Notes under the pieces: model-generated
Databases searched by the model: none
Told to the model about the DNA's origin: nothing
The model's input: only the letters and a program-made list of their open reading frames with translations
In this document: positions 1 through 13,349 of the stretch, one piece after another
Layout of the letters: each line of letters opens with the position of its first letter
Numbering within the stretch: position 1 is the first letter of the stretch
Made by a program: the position numbers and the translations under genes
Source: Eledone cirrhosa
Lineage: Eukaryota
DNA: 64,000 nucleotides
NCBI GenBank assembly: GCA_964016885.1
Contig: OZ024742.1
Location: 235,538,001 to 235,602,000, forward strand
Reading direction: 5' to 3'

Positions 1-2099
1 AGGTGACTGTATCAGAACTATTGTAGTTGAAAGGTGACTGTATCAGAACTAATGTAGTTGAAAGGTGACTGTATCAGAACTATTGTGAGATGGAAGGTGA
101 ATGTATCAGAACTATTGTAGTTGAAAGGTGACTGTATCAGAACTATTGTAGTAGAAAGGTGACTGTAACAGAGCTAACGTAGTTGAAAGGTGACTGTATC
201 AGAACCAATGTAGTTGAAAGGTGACTGTATCAGAACTATTGTAGTTGAAAGGTGACTGCATCAGAAGTATTGTAGTTGAAAGGTGACTGTATCAGAACTA
301 TTGTAGTTGAAAGGTGACTGTATCAGAACTATTGTAGTTGAAAGGTGACTGTATCAGAACTATTGTAGTTGAAAGGTGACTCTATCAGAACTATTGTAGT
401 TGAAAGGTGACTGTATCAGAACTATTGTAGTAGAAAGGTGACTGTATCAGAACTATTGTAGTTGAAAGGTGACTGTATCCAAAGTATAGTAGTTGAAAGG
501 TGACTGTATCAGAACTAATGTAGTTGAAATGTGACTGTATCAGAACTATTGTAGTTGAAAGGTGACTGTATCATAACTATTGTAGTTGAAATGTGACTGT
601 ATCAGAACTATCGTAGTTGAAATGTGACTGTATCAGAACTATTGTAGTAGAAAGGTGACTGTATCAGAACTATTGTAGTTGAAAGGTGACTGTATCAGAA
701 CCATTGTAGTTGAAAGGTGACTGTATCAGAACTATTGTAGTTGAAAGGTGACTGTATCCGAAGTATAGTAGTTGAAAGGTGACTGTATCAGAACTAATGT
801 AGTTGAAATGTGACTGTATCAGAACTATTGTAGTTGAAAGGTGACTGTATCATAACTATAGTAGTAGAAAGGTGACTGTAACAGAGCTAACGTAGTTGAA
901 AGGTGACTGTATCAGAACTAATGTAGTTGAAAGGTGACTGTATCAGAACTATTGTAGTTAAAAGGTGACTGTATCAGAAGTATTGTAGTTGAAAGGTGAC
1001 TGTATCAGAACTATTGTAGTTGAAAGGTGACTGTATAAGAACTAATGTAGTTGAAATGTGACTGTATCAGAACTATTGTCGTTGAAAGGTGACTGTATCA
1101 GAACTAATGTAATTGAAACGTGACTGTATCAGAACCATTGTAGTTGAAAGGTGACTGTATCAGAACTAATGTAGTTGAAATGTGACTGTATCAGAACTAT
1201 TGTAGTTGAAAGGTGACTGTATGATAACTATTGTAGTTGAAAGGTGACTGTATCAGAACTATCGTAGTTGAAAGGTGACTGTATCAGAACTATTGTAGTA
1301 GAAAGGTGACTGTATCAGAACTATTGTAGTTGAAAGGTGACTGTATCAGAACCATTGTAGTTGAAAGGTGACTGTATAAGAACTATTGTAGTTGAAAGGT
1401 GACAGTATCAGATCTATTGTAGTAGAAAGGTGACTGTATCAGAACTATTGTAGTTGAAAGTTGACTGTATCAGAACTAATGTAGTTGAAATGTGACTGTA
1501 TCAGAACTATTGTAGTTGAAAGGTGACTGTATCAGAACTATTGTAGTTGAAAGGTGACTGTATCAGAACTACTGTAGTTGAAAGGTGACTGTATCAGAAC
1601 TAATGTAGTTGAAAGGTGACTGTATCAGAACTATTGTAGTTGAAAGGTGACTGTATCAGAACTATTGTAGTTCAAATGTGACTGTATCAGAACTATTGTA
1701 GTTGAAAGGTGACTGCATCAGAACTATTGTAGTTGAAAGGTGACTGTATCAGAACTATTGTAGTAGAAAGGTGACTGTATCAGAACTAATGTAGTTGAAA
1801 GATGACTGTATAAGAACTATTGTAGTTGAAAGTTGACTGTATCAGAACTATTGTAGTTGAAAGGTGACTGTATCAGAACTATTGTAGTTGAAAGGTGACT
1901 GTATCAGAACTATTGTAGTTAAAAGGTGACTGTATCAGAAGTATTGTAGTTGAAAGTTGACTGTATCAGAACTATTGTAGTTGAAAGGTGACTGTATCAG
2001 AACTATTGTAGTTGAAAGGTGACTGTATCAGAACTATTGTAGTTAAAAGGTGACTGTATCAGAAGTATTGTAGTTGAAAGGTGACTGTATCAGAAATAT

Positions 2100-5030
2100 T
2101 GTAGTTGAAAGGTGACTGTATCAGAACTATTGTAGTTGAAAAGTGACTCTATCAGAACTATTGTAGTTGAAAGGTGACTGTATCAGAACTATTTTATTTG
2201 AAATGTGACTGTATCAGAACTAATGTTGTTGAAAGGTGACTGTATCAGAACTAATGTAGTGGAAATGTGACTGTATCAGAACTATTGTAGTTGAAAGGTG
2301 ACTGTATCAGAACTATTGTAGTTGAAAGGTGACTGTATCAGAACTATTGTAGTTGAAAGGTGACTGTATCAGAACTATTGTAGTTAAAAGGTGACTGTAT
2401 CAGAACTAATGTAGTTGAAATGTGACTGTATCCGAAGTATAGTAGTGGAAAGGTGACTGTATCAGAACTATTGTAGTTGAAAGGTGACTGTATCAGAACT
2501 ATTGTAGTTGAAAGGTGACTGTATCAGAACTATTGTAGTAGAAAAGTGACTGTATCAGAACTATTGTAGTTGAAAGGTGACTGTATCAGAGGTATAGTAG
2601 TTGAAAGGTGACTGTATCAGAAGTATTGTAGTTGAAATGTGACTGTATCAGAACTAATGTAATTGAAATGTGACTGTATCAGAACCATTGTAGTTGAAAG
2701 GTGACTGTATCCGAAGTATAGTAGTTGAAAGGTGACTGTATCAGAACTAATGTAGTTGAAATGTGACTGTATCAGAACTATTGTAGTTGAAAGGTGACTG
2801 TATCATAACTATTTTAGTTGAAAGGTGACTGTATCAGAAGTATTGTAGTTGAAATGTGACTGCATCCGAAGTATAGTAGTTGAAAGGTGACTGTATCAGA
2901 ACTAATGTAATTGAAATGTGACTGTATCAGAACTATTGTAGTTGAAAGGTAACTGTATCCGAAGTATAGTAGTTGAAAGGTGACTGTATCAGAACTAATG
3001 TAGTAAAAATGTGACTGTATCAGAACTATTGTAGTTGAAAGGTGACTGTATCAGAACTATTGTAGTTGAAAGGTGACTGTATCAGAACTATTGTAGTTGA
3101 AAGGTGACTGTATCAGAACTATTGTAGTTAAAAGGTGACTGTATCAGAACTAATGTAGTTGAAATGTGACTGAATCCGAAGTATAGTAGTGGAAAGGTGA
3201 CTGTATCAGAACTATTGTAGTTGAAAGGTGACTGTATCAGAACCATTGTAGTTGAAAGGTGACTGTATAAGAACTATTGTAGTTGAAATGTGACTGTATC
3301 AGATCTATTGTAGTAGAAAGGTGACTGTATCAGAACTATTGTAGTTGAAAGTTGACTGTATCAGAACTAATGTAGTTGAAATGTGACTGTATCAGAACTA
3401 TTGTAGTTGAAAGGTGACTGTATCAGAACTATTGTAGTTGAAAGGTGACTGTATCAGAACTAATGAAGTTGAAAGGTGACTGTATCAGAACTATTGTAGT
3501 TGAAAGGTGACTGTATCAGAACTATTGTAGTTGAAATGTGACTGTATCAGAAGTATTGTAGTTGAAAGGTGACTGTATGAGAAGTATTGTAGTTGAAATG
3601 TGACTGTATCAGAAATAATGTAATTGAAATGTGACTGTATCAGAACTATTGTAGTTGAAAGGTGACTGTATCCGAAGTATAGTAGTTGAAAGGTGACTGT
3701 ATCAGAACTAATATAGTTGAAATATGACTGTATCAGAACTATTGTAGTTCAAAGGTGACTGTATCAGAACTATTGTAGTTGAAAGGTGACTGCATCAGAA
3801 CTATTGTAGTTGAAAGGTGACTGTATCAGAACTATTGTAGTAGAAAGGTGACTGTATCAGAACTAATGTAGTTGAAAGATGACTGTATAAGAACTATTGT
3901 AGTTGAAAGGTGACTGTATCAGAACTATTGTAGTTGAAAGGTGACTGTATCAGAACTATTGTAGTTGAAAGGTGACTGTATCAGAACTATTGTAGTTAAA
4001 AGGTGACTGTATCAGAAGTATTGTAGTTGAAAGGTGACTGTATCAGAACTATTGTAGTTGAAAGGTGACTGTATCAGAAATATTGTAGTTGAAAGGTGAC
4101 TGTATCAGAACTATTGTAGTTGAAAAGTGACTCTATCAGAACTATTGTAGTTGAAAGGTGACTGTATCAGAACTATTTTAGTTGAAATGTGACTGCATCA
4201 GAACTAATGTTGTTGAAAGGTGACTGTATCAGAACTAATGTAGTGGAAATGTGACTGTATCAGAACTATTGTAGTTGAAAGGTGACTGTATCAGAACTAT
4301 TGTAGTTGAAAGGTGACTGTATCAGAACTATTGTAGTTGAAAGGTGACTGTATCAGAACTATTGTAGTTAAAAGGTGACTGTATCAGAACTAATGTAGTT
4401 GAAATGTGACTGTATCCGAAGTATAGTAGTGGAAAGGTGACTGTATCAGAACTATTGTAGTTGAAAGGTGACTGTATCAGAACTATTGTAGTTGAAAGGT
4501 GACTGTATCAGAACTATTGTAGTAGAAAAGTGACTGTATCAGAACTATTGTAGCTGAAAGGTGACTGTATCCGAAGTATAGTAGTTGAAAGGTGACTGTA
4601 TCAGAAGTATTGTAGTTGAAATGTGACTGTATCAGAACTAATGTAATTGAAATGTGACTGTATCAGAACCATTGTAGTTGAAAGGTGACTGTATCCGAAG
4701 TATAGTAGTTGAAAGGTGACTGTATCAGAACTAATGTAGTTGAAATGTGACTGTATCAGAACTATTGTAGTTGAAAGGTGACTGTATCATAACTATTTTA
4801 GTTGAAAGGTGACTGTATCAGAAGTACTGTAGTTGAAATGTGACTGCATCCGAAGTATAGTAGTTGAAAGGTGACTGTATCAGAACTAATGTAATTGAAA
4901 TGTGACTGTATCAGAACTATTGTAGTTGAAAGGTGACTGTATCCGAAGTATAGTAGTTGAAAGGTGACTGTATCAGAACTAATGTAGTAAAAATGTGACT
5001 GTATCAGAACTATTGTAGTTGAAAGGTGAC
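2100..5030 (+). repeat. Higher-order duplication with 1,984-bp (64-monomer) offset
   Basis: AAGTGACTCT at 2141/4125, TAATGTTGTT at 2221/4205 and TAGTAAAAAT at 3001/4985 all differ by 1,984 = 64 x 31. Boundaries are approximate. Confidence 0.8.
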
Positions 5031-8000
5031 TGTATGATAAATATTGTAGTTGAAAGGTGACTGTATCAGAACTATCGTAGTTGAAAGGTGACTGTATCAG
5101 AACTATTGTAGTAGAATGGTGACTGTATCAGAACTATTGTAGTTGAAAGGTGACTGTATCAGAACCATTGTAGTTGAAAGGTGACTGTATAAGAACTATT
5201 GTAGTTGAAAGGTGACTGTATCAGATCTATTGTTGTAGAAAGGTGACTGTATCAGAACTATTGTAGTTGAAAGTTGACTGTATCAGAACTAATGTAGTTG
5301 AAAGGTGACTGTATCCGAAGTATAGTAGTTGAAAGGTGACTGTATCAGAACTAACATAGTTGAAATGTGACTGTATCAGAACTATTGTAGTTCAAAGGTG
5401 ACTGTATCAGAACTATTGTAGTTGAAAGGTGACTGCATCAGAAATATTGTAGTTTAAAGGTGACTGTATCAGAACTCTTGTAGTAGAAAGGTGACTGTAT
5501 CAGAACTATTGTAGTAGAAAGGTGACTGTATCAGAACCATTGTAGTTGATAGGTGACTGTATCAGATCTATTGTAGTAGAAAGGTGACTGTATCCGAAGT
5601 ATAGTAGTGGAAAGGTGACTGTAACAGAACTATTGTAGTTGAAAGGTGACTGTATCACAACTAATGTAGTTGAAATGTGACTGTATCAGAACTATTGTAG
5701 TTGAAAGGTGACTGTATCAGAACTATTGTAGTTGAAAGGTGACTGTATCAGAACTATTGTAGTTGAAAGGTGACTGTATCAGAACTAATCTAGTTGAAAT
5801 GTGACTGTATCAGAACTATTGTAGTTGAAAGGTGACTGTATCAGAACTATTGTAGTTGAAATGTGACTGTATCAGAACTATTGTAGTTGAAAGGTGACTG
5901 TATCCGAAGTATAGTAGTTGAAAGGTGACTGTATCAGAACTAATATAGTTGAAATGTGACTGTATCAGAACTATTGTAGTTGAAAGGTGACTGTATCAGA
6001 ACTATTGTAGTTGAAAGGTGACTGCATCAGAACTATTGTAGTTGAAAGGTGACTGTATCAGAACTATTGTAGTAGAAAGGTGACTGTATCAGAACTAATG
6101 TAGTTGAAAGATGACTGTATAAGAACTATTGTAGTTGAAAGGTGACTGTATCAGAACTATTGTAGTTGAAAGGTGACTGTATAAGAACTATTGTAGTTGA
6201 AAGGTGACTGTATCAGAACTATTGTAGTAGAAAGGTGACTGTATCCGAAGTATAGTAGTGGAAAGGTGACTGTATCAGAACTAATGTAGTAGAAAGGTGA
6301 CTGTATCAGAACTATTGTAGTTGAAAGGTGACTGTATCAGAACTATTGTAGTTAAAATGTGACTGTATCAGAACTAATGTAGTTGAAATGTGACCGTATC
6401 AGAACTATTGTAGTAGAAAGGTGACTGTATCCGAAGTATAGTAGTTGAAAGGTGACTGTATCAGAACTGTTGTAGTTGAAAGGTGACTGTATCCGAAGTA
6501 TAGTAGTTGAAAGGTGACTGTATCAGAACTAATGTAATTGAAATGTGACTGTATCAGAACTATTGTAGTTGAAAGGTGACTGTATCCGAAGTATAGTAGT
6601 TGAAAGGTGACTGTATCAGAACTATCGTAGTAGAAAGGTGACTGTATCAGAACCATTGTAGTTGTAAGGTGACTGTAGAAGAACTATTGTAGTTGAAAGG
6701 TGACTGTATGAGAACTATTGTAGTAGAAAGATGACTGTATCCGAAGTATAGTAGTGGAAAGGTGACTGTATCAGAACTATTGTAGTGGAAAGGTGACTGT
6801 ATCAGAATTAATGTAGTGGAAAGGTGACTGTATCAGAACTATTGTAGTTGAAAGATGACTGTATCAGAACTATTGTAGTAGAAAGGTGACTGTATCAGAA
6901 CTAATGTAGTGGAAAGGTGACTGTATCAGAACTAATGTAATTGAAATGTGACTGTATCAGAACTATTGTAGTTGAAAGGTGACTGTATCCGAAGTATAGT
7001 AGTTGAAAAGTGACTGTATCAGAACTAATGTAGTTGAAATGTGACTGTATCAGAACTATTGTAGTTCAAAGGTGACTGTATCAGAAGTATTGTAGTTGAA
7101 AGGTGACAGTATCAGAACTATTGTAGTTGAAAGGTGACTGTATCAGAAATATTGTAGTTGAAAGGTGACTGTATCAGAACTATTGTAGTTGAAAGGTGAC
7201 TGTATCAGAACTATTGTAGTTGAAAGGTGACTGCATCAGAATTATTGTAGTTGAAAGATGACTGTATAAGAACTATTGTAGTTGAAAGGTGACTGTATCA
7301 GAACTATTGTAGTTGAAAGGTGACTGTATCAGAACTATTGTAGTTGAAAAGTGACTCTATCAGAACTATTGTAGTTGAAAGGTGACTGCATCAGAATTAT
7401 TGTAGTTGAAAGATGACTGTATCAGAACTATTGTAGTTGAAAGGTGACTGTATCAGAACTATTGTAGTTGAAAGATGACTGTATCAGAACTAATGTAGTT
7501 GAAAGGTGACTGTATCAGAACTATTGTAGTGGAAAGGTGACTGTATCAGAACTAATGTAGTTGAAATGTGACCGTATCAGAACTATTGTAGTTGAAAGGT
7601 GACTGCATCAGAACTATTGTAGTTGAAAGTGACTGTATCAGAACTAATGTAGTTGAAATGTGACTGTATCAGAACTATTGTAGTTGAAAGGTGACTGTAT
7701 CAGAACTATTGTAGTTGAAAGGTGACTGTATCAGAACTATTGTAGTGGAAAGGTGACATTATCAGAACTATTGTAGTTGAAAGGTGACTGTATCAGAACT
7801 AATGTAGTTGATAGGTGACTGTATCAGAACTATTGTAGTGGGAAGGTGACTGTATCAGAACTAATGTAGTTGAAAGGTGACTGTATCAGAACTATTGTAG
7901 TTGAAAGGTGACTGTATCCGAAGTATAGTAGTTGAAAGGTGACTGTATCCGAAGTATCGTAGTTGAAAGGTGACTGTATCAGAACTAATGTAGTTGAAAG

Positions 8001-11000
8001 GTGACTGTATCAGAACTATTGTAGTTGAAAGGTGACTGTATCAGAACTAATGTAGTTGAAAGGTGACTGTATCAGAACTATTGTGAGATGGAAGGTGACT
8101 GTATCAGAACTATTGTAGTGGAAAGGTGACTTTATAAGAACTATTGTAGTTGAAAGGTGACTGTATCAGAGCTAACGTAGTTGAAAGGTGACTGTATCAG
8201 AACTATTGTAGTTGAAAGGTGACTGTATCAGAACTATTGTAGTTGAAAGGTGACTGTATCAGAACTATTGTAGTAGAAAGGTGACTGTATCAGAACTAAT
8301 GTAGTTGAAAGGTGACTGTATCAGAACTATTGTAGTTGAAAGGTGACTGTATCAGAACTATTGTAGTAGAAAGGTGACTGTATCAGAACCATTGTAGTTG
8401 AAAGGTGACTGTATCAGAACTATTGTAGTGGAAAGGTGACTGTATCAGAACTATTGTAGTAGAAAGGTGACTGTATCAGAACTATTGTAGTTGAAAGGTG
8501 ACTGTATCAGAACTATTGTAGTGGAAAGGTGACTGTATCAGAACTATTGTAGTAGAAAGGTGACTGTATCAGAACTATTGTAGTTGAAAGGTGACTGTAT
8601 CAGAACTATTGTAGTTGAAAGGTGACTGTATCAGAACTATTGTAGTTGAAAGGTGACTGTATCAGAACTATTGTAGTGGAAAGGTGACTGGATCAGAACT
8701 ATTGTAGTTGAAAGGTGACTGTATCAGAACTATTGTAGTAGAAAGGTGACTGTATCAGAACTAATGTAGTTGAAAGGTCCCTGTATAAGAACTAATGTAG
8801 TTGAAAGGTGACTGTATCAGAACTATTGTAGTAGAAACGTGACTGTATCAGAACTATTGTAGTGGAAAGGTGACTGTATCAGAACTAATGTAGTTGAAAG
8901 GTGACTGTATCAGAACTATTGTAGTGGAAAGGTGACTGTATCAGAACTATTGTAGTAGAAAGGTGACTGTATCAGAACTATTGTAGTTGAAAGGTGAGTG
9001 TATCAGAACTAATGTAGTTGAAAGGTGACTGTATAAGAACTAATGTAGTTGAAAGGTGACTGTATCAGAACTATTGTAGTAGAAAGGTGACTGTATCAGA
9101 ACTATTGTAGTTGAAATGTGACTGTATCAGAACTATTGTAGTAGAAAGGTGACTGTATCAGAACTATTGTAGTTGAAAGGTGACTGTATCAGAACTATTG
9201 TAGTTGAAAGGTGAGTGTATCAGAACTAATGTAGTTGAAAGGTGACTGTATAAGAACTAATGTAGTTGAAAGGTGACTGTATCAGAACTATTGTGAGATG
9301 GAAGGTGACTGTATCAGAACTATTGTAATGGAAAGGTGACTGTATCAGAACTATTGTAGTAGAAAGGTGACTGTATCAGAACTATTGTAGTTGAAAGGTG
9401 ACTGTATCAGAACTATTGTAGTTGAAAGGTGACTGTATCAGAACTATTGTAGTGGAAAGGTGACATTATCAGAACTATTGTAGTTGAAAGGTGACTGTAT
9501 CAGAACTAATCTAGTTGATAGGTGAGTGTATCAGAACTATTGTAGTGGAAAGGTGACTGTATCAGAACTAATGTAGTTGAAAGGTGACTGTATCAGAACT
9601 ATTGTAGTTGAAAGGTGACTGTATCAGAAGTATAGTAGTTGAAAGGTGACTGTATCCGAAGTATCGTAGTTGAAAGGTGACTGTATCAGAAACAATGTAG
9701 TTGAAAGGTGACTGTATCAGAGCTATTGTAGTTGAAAGGTGACTGTATCAGAACTATTGTAGTAGAAATGTGACTGTATCAGAACCATTGTAGTTGAAAG
9801 GTGACTGTATCAGAACTATTGTAGTGGAAAGGTGACTGTATCAGAACTATTGTAGTTGAAAGGTGACTGTATCAGAACTAATGTAGTTGAAAGGTGACTG
9901 TATCAGAACTATTGTGAGATGGAAGGTGACTGTATCAGAACTATTGTAGTGGAAAGGTGACTTTATAAGAACTATTGTAGTTGAAAGGTGACTGTATCAG
10001 AGCTAACGTAGTTGAAAGGTGACTGTATCAGAACTATTGTAGTTGAAAGGTGACTGTATCAGAACTATTGTAGTTGAAAGGTGACTGTATCAGAACTATT
10101 GTCGTAGAAAGGTGACTGTATCAGAACTAATGTAGTTGAAAGGTGACTGTATCAGAACTATTGTAGTTGAAAGGTGACTGTATCAGAACTATTGTAGTAG
10201 AAAGGTGACTGTATCAGAACGATTGTAGTTGAAAGGTGACTGTATCAGAACTATTGTAGTGGAATGGTGACTGTATCAGAACTATTGTAGTTGAAAGGTG
10301 ACTGTATCAGAACTATTGTAGTTGAAAGGTGAGTGTATCAGAACTAATGTAGTTTAAAGGTGACTGTATAAGAACTAATGTAGTTGAAAGGTGACTGTAT
10401 CAGAACTATTGTAGTAGAAAGGTGAATGTATCAGAACTATTGTAGTGGAAAGGTGACTGTATCAGACTAATGTAGTTGAAAGGTGACTGTATCAGAACTA
10501 TTGTAGTTGAAAGGTGACTGTATCAGAACTATTGTAGTAGAAAGGTGACTGTATCAGAACTATTGTAGTTGAAAGGTGACTGTATCAGAACTATTATAGT
10601 GGAAATGTGACTGTATCAGAACTAATGTAGTTGAAAGGTGACTGTATCAGAACTATTGTAGTTGAAAGGTGACTGCATCCGAAATATTGTAGTTGAAAGT
10701 TGACTGTATCCGAAGTATTGTAGTTGAAAGGTGACTGTATCAGAACTATTGTGAGATGGAAGGTGACTGTATCAGAACTATTGTAGTTGAAAGGTGTCTG
10801 TATCTGAACTATTGTAGTTGAAAGGTGACTGTATCAGAACTATTGTAGTAGAAAGGTGACTGTATCAGAACTATTGTAGTTGAAAGGTGACTGTATCAGA
10901 ACTATTGTAGTTGAAAGGTGACTGTATCCGAAGTATAGTAGTTGAAAGGTGACTGTATGAGAACTATTGTAGTAGAAAGGTGACTGTATCCGAAGTATAG

Positions 11001-13349
11001 TAGTGGAAAGGTGACTGTATCAGAACTTTTGTAGTTGATATGTGACTGTATCAGAACTAATGAAGTGGAAAGGTGACTGTATCAGAACTATTGTAGTTGA
11101 AAGGTGACTGTATCAGAACTATTGTAGTTGAAAGGTGACTGTATCAGAACTATTGTAGTAGAAAGGTGACTGTATCAGAACCAATGTAATTGAAATGTGA
11201 CTGTATCTGAACTATTGTAGTTGAAAGGTGACTGTATCCGAAGTATAGAAGTTGAAAGGTGACTGTATCAGAACTAATGTAGTTGAAATGTGACTGTATC
11301 AGAACTATTGTAGTCCAAAGGTGACTGTATCAGAACTATTGTAGTTGAAAGGTGACTGTATCAGAACTATTGTAGTTGAAAGGTGACTGCATCACAACTA
11401 TTGTAGTAGAAAGGTGACTGTATCAGAACTATTGTAGTTGAAAGGTGACTGTATCAGAACTAATGTAGTTGAAAGATGACTGTATAAGAACTATCGTAGT
11501 TGAAAGGTGACTGTATCAGAACTAATGTAGTTGGAATGTGACCGTATCAGAACTATTGTAGTTGAAAGGTGACTTTATCAGAACTATTGTAGTTGAAAGG
11601 TGACTGCATCAGAACTATTGTAGTTGAAAGGTGACTGTATCAGAACTATTGTGAGATGGAAGGTGACTGTATCAGAACTATTGTAATGGAAAGGTGACTG
11701 TATCAGAACTATTGTAGTAGAAAGGTGACTGTATCAGAACTATTGTAGTTGAAAGGTGACTGTATCAGAACTATTGTAGTTGAAAGGTGACTGTATCAGA
11801 ACTATTGTAGTGGAAAGGTGACATTATCAGAACTATTGTAGTTGAAAGGTGACTGTATCCCAACTAATGTAGTTGATAGGTGAGTGTATCAGAACTATTG
11901 TAGTGGAAAGGTGACTGTATCAGAACTATTGTAGTAGAAAGGTGACTGTATCAGAACTATTGTAGTTGAAAGGTGACTGTATCAGAAGTATAGTAGTTGA
12001 AAGGTGACTGTATCCGAAGTATCGTAGTTGAAAGGTGACTGTATCAGAAGTATAGTAGTTGAAAGGTGACTGTATCAGAGCTATTGTAGTTGAAAGGTGA
12101 CTGTATCAGAACTATTGTAGTAGAAAGGTGACTGTATCAGAAGTATAGTAGTTGAAAGGTGACTGTATCCGAAGTATCGTAGTTGAAAGGTGACTGTATC
12201 AGAAACAATGTAGTTGAAAGGTGACTGTATCAGAGCTATTGTAGTTGAAAGGTGACTGTATCAGAACTATTGTAGTAGAAAGGTGACTGTATCAGAACCA
12301 TTGTAGTTGAAAGGTGACTGTATCAGAACTATTGTAGTGGAAAGGTGACTGTATCAGAACTATTGTAGTTGAAAGGTGACTGTATCAGAACTAATGTAGT
12401 TGAAAGGTGACTGTATCAGAACTATTGTGAGATGGAAGGTGACTGTATCAGAACTATTGTAGTGGAAAGGTGACTTTATAAGAACTATTGTAGTTGAAAG
12501 GTGACTGTATCAGAGCTAACGTAGTTGAAAGGTGACTGTATCAGAACTATTGTAGTTGAAAGGTGACTGTATCAGAACTATTGTAGTTGAAAGGTGACTG
12601 TATCAGAACTATTGTCGTAGAAAGGTGACTGTATCAGAACTAATGTAGATGAAAGGTGACTGTATCAGAACTATTGTAGTTGAAAGGTGACTGTATCAGA
12701 ACTATTGTAGTAGAAAGGTGACTGTATCAGAACCATTGTAGTTGAAAGGTGACTGTATCAGAACTATTGTAGTGGAATGGTGACTGTATCAGAACTATTG
12801 TAGTAGAAAGGTGACTGTATCAGAACTATTGTAGTTGAAAGGTGACTGTATCAGAACTATTGTAGTGGAAAGGTGACTGTAGCAGAACTATTGTAGTAGA
12901 AAGGTGACTGTATCAGAACTATTGTAGTTGAAAGGTGACTGTATCAGAACTATTGTAGTTGAAAGGTGACTGTATCAGAACTATTGTAGTTGAAAGGTGA
13001 CTGTATCAGAACTATTGTAGTGGAAAGGTGACTGTATCAGAACTATTGTAGTTGAAAGGTGACTGTATCAGAACTATTGTAGTAGAAAGGTGACTGTATC
13101 AGAACTAATGTTGTAGAAAGGTGCCTGTATAAGAATGAATGTAGTTGAAAGGTGACTGTATCAGAACTATTGTAGTTGAAATGTGACTGTATCAGAATTA
13201 ATGAAGTGGAAAGGTGACTGTATCAGAACTATTGTAGTTGAAAGGTGACTGTATCAGAACTATTGTAGTTGAAAGATGACTGTATCAGAACTATTGTAGT
13301 AGAAAGGTGACTGTATCAGAACTATTGTAGTGGAAAGGTGACTGTATCA

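Noticed and set aside
1-10. Transcription-factor sites (AGGTGA resembling nuclear-receptor half-site AGGTCA; TGACTGT resembling AP-1 TGACTCA)
   Set aside because: These are imperfect 6-7-bp matches expected by chance, with no gene context.
6405-6656. 83-aa minus-strand ORF as a protein-coding gene
   Set aside because: It lies entirely within satellite monomers. It is open only because stop-free variants fall three monomers apart, and the ATG comes from the scattered CCATT variant. There is no unique flanking sequence or recognisable domain.
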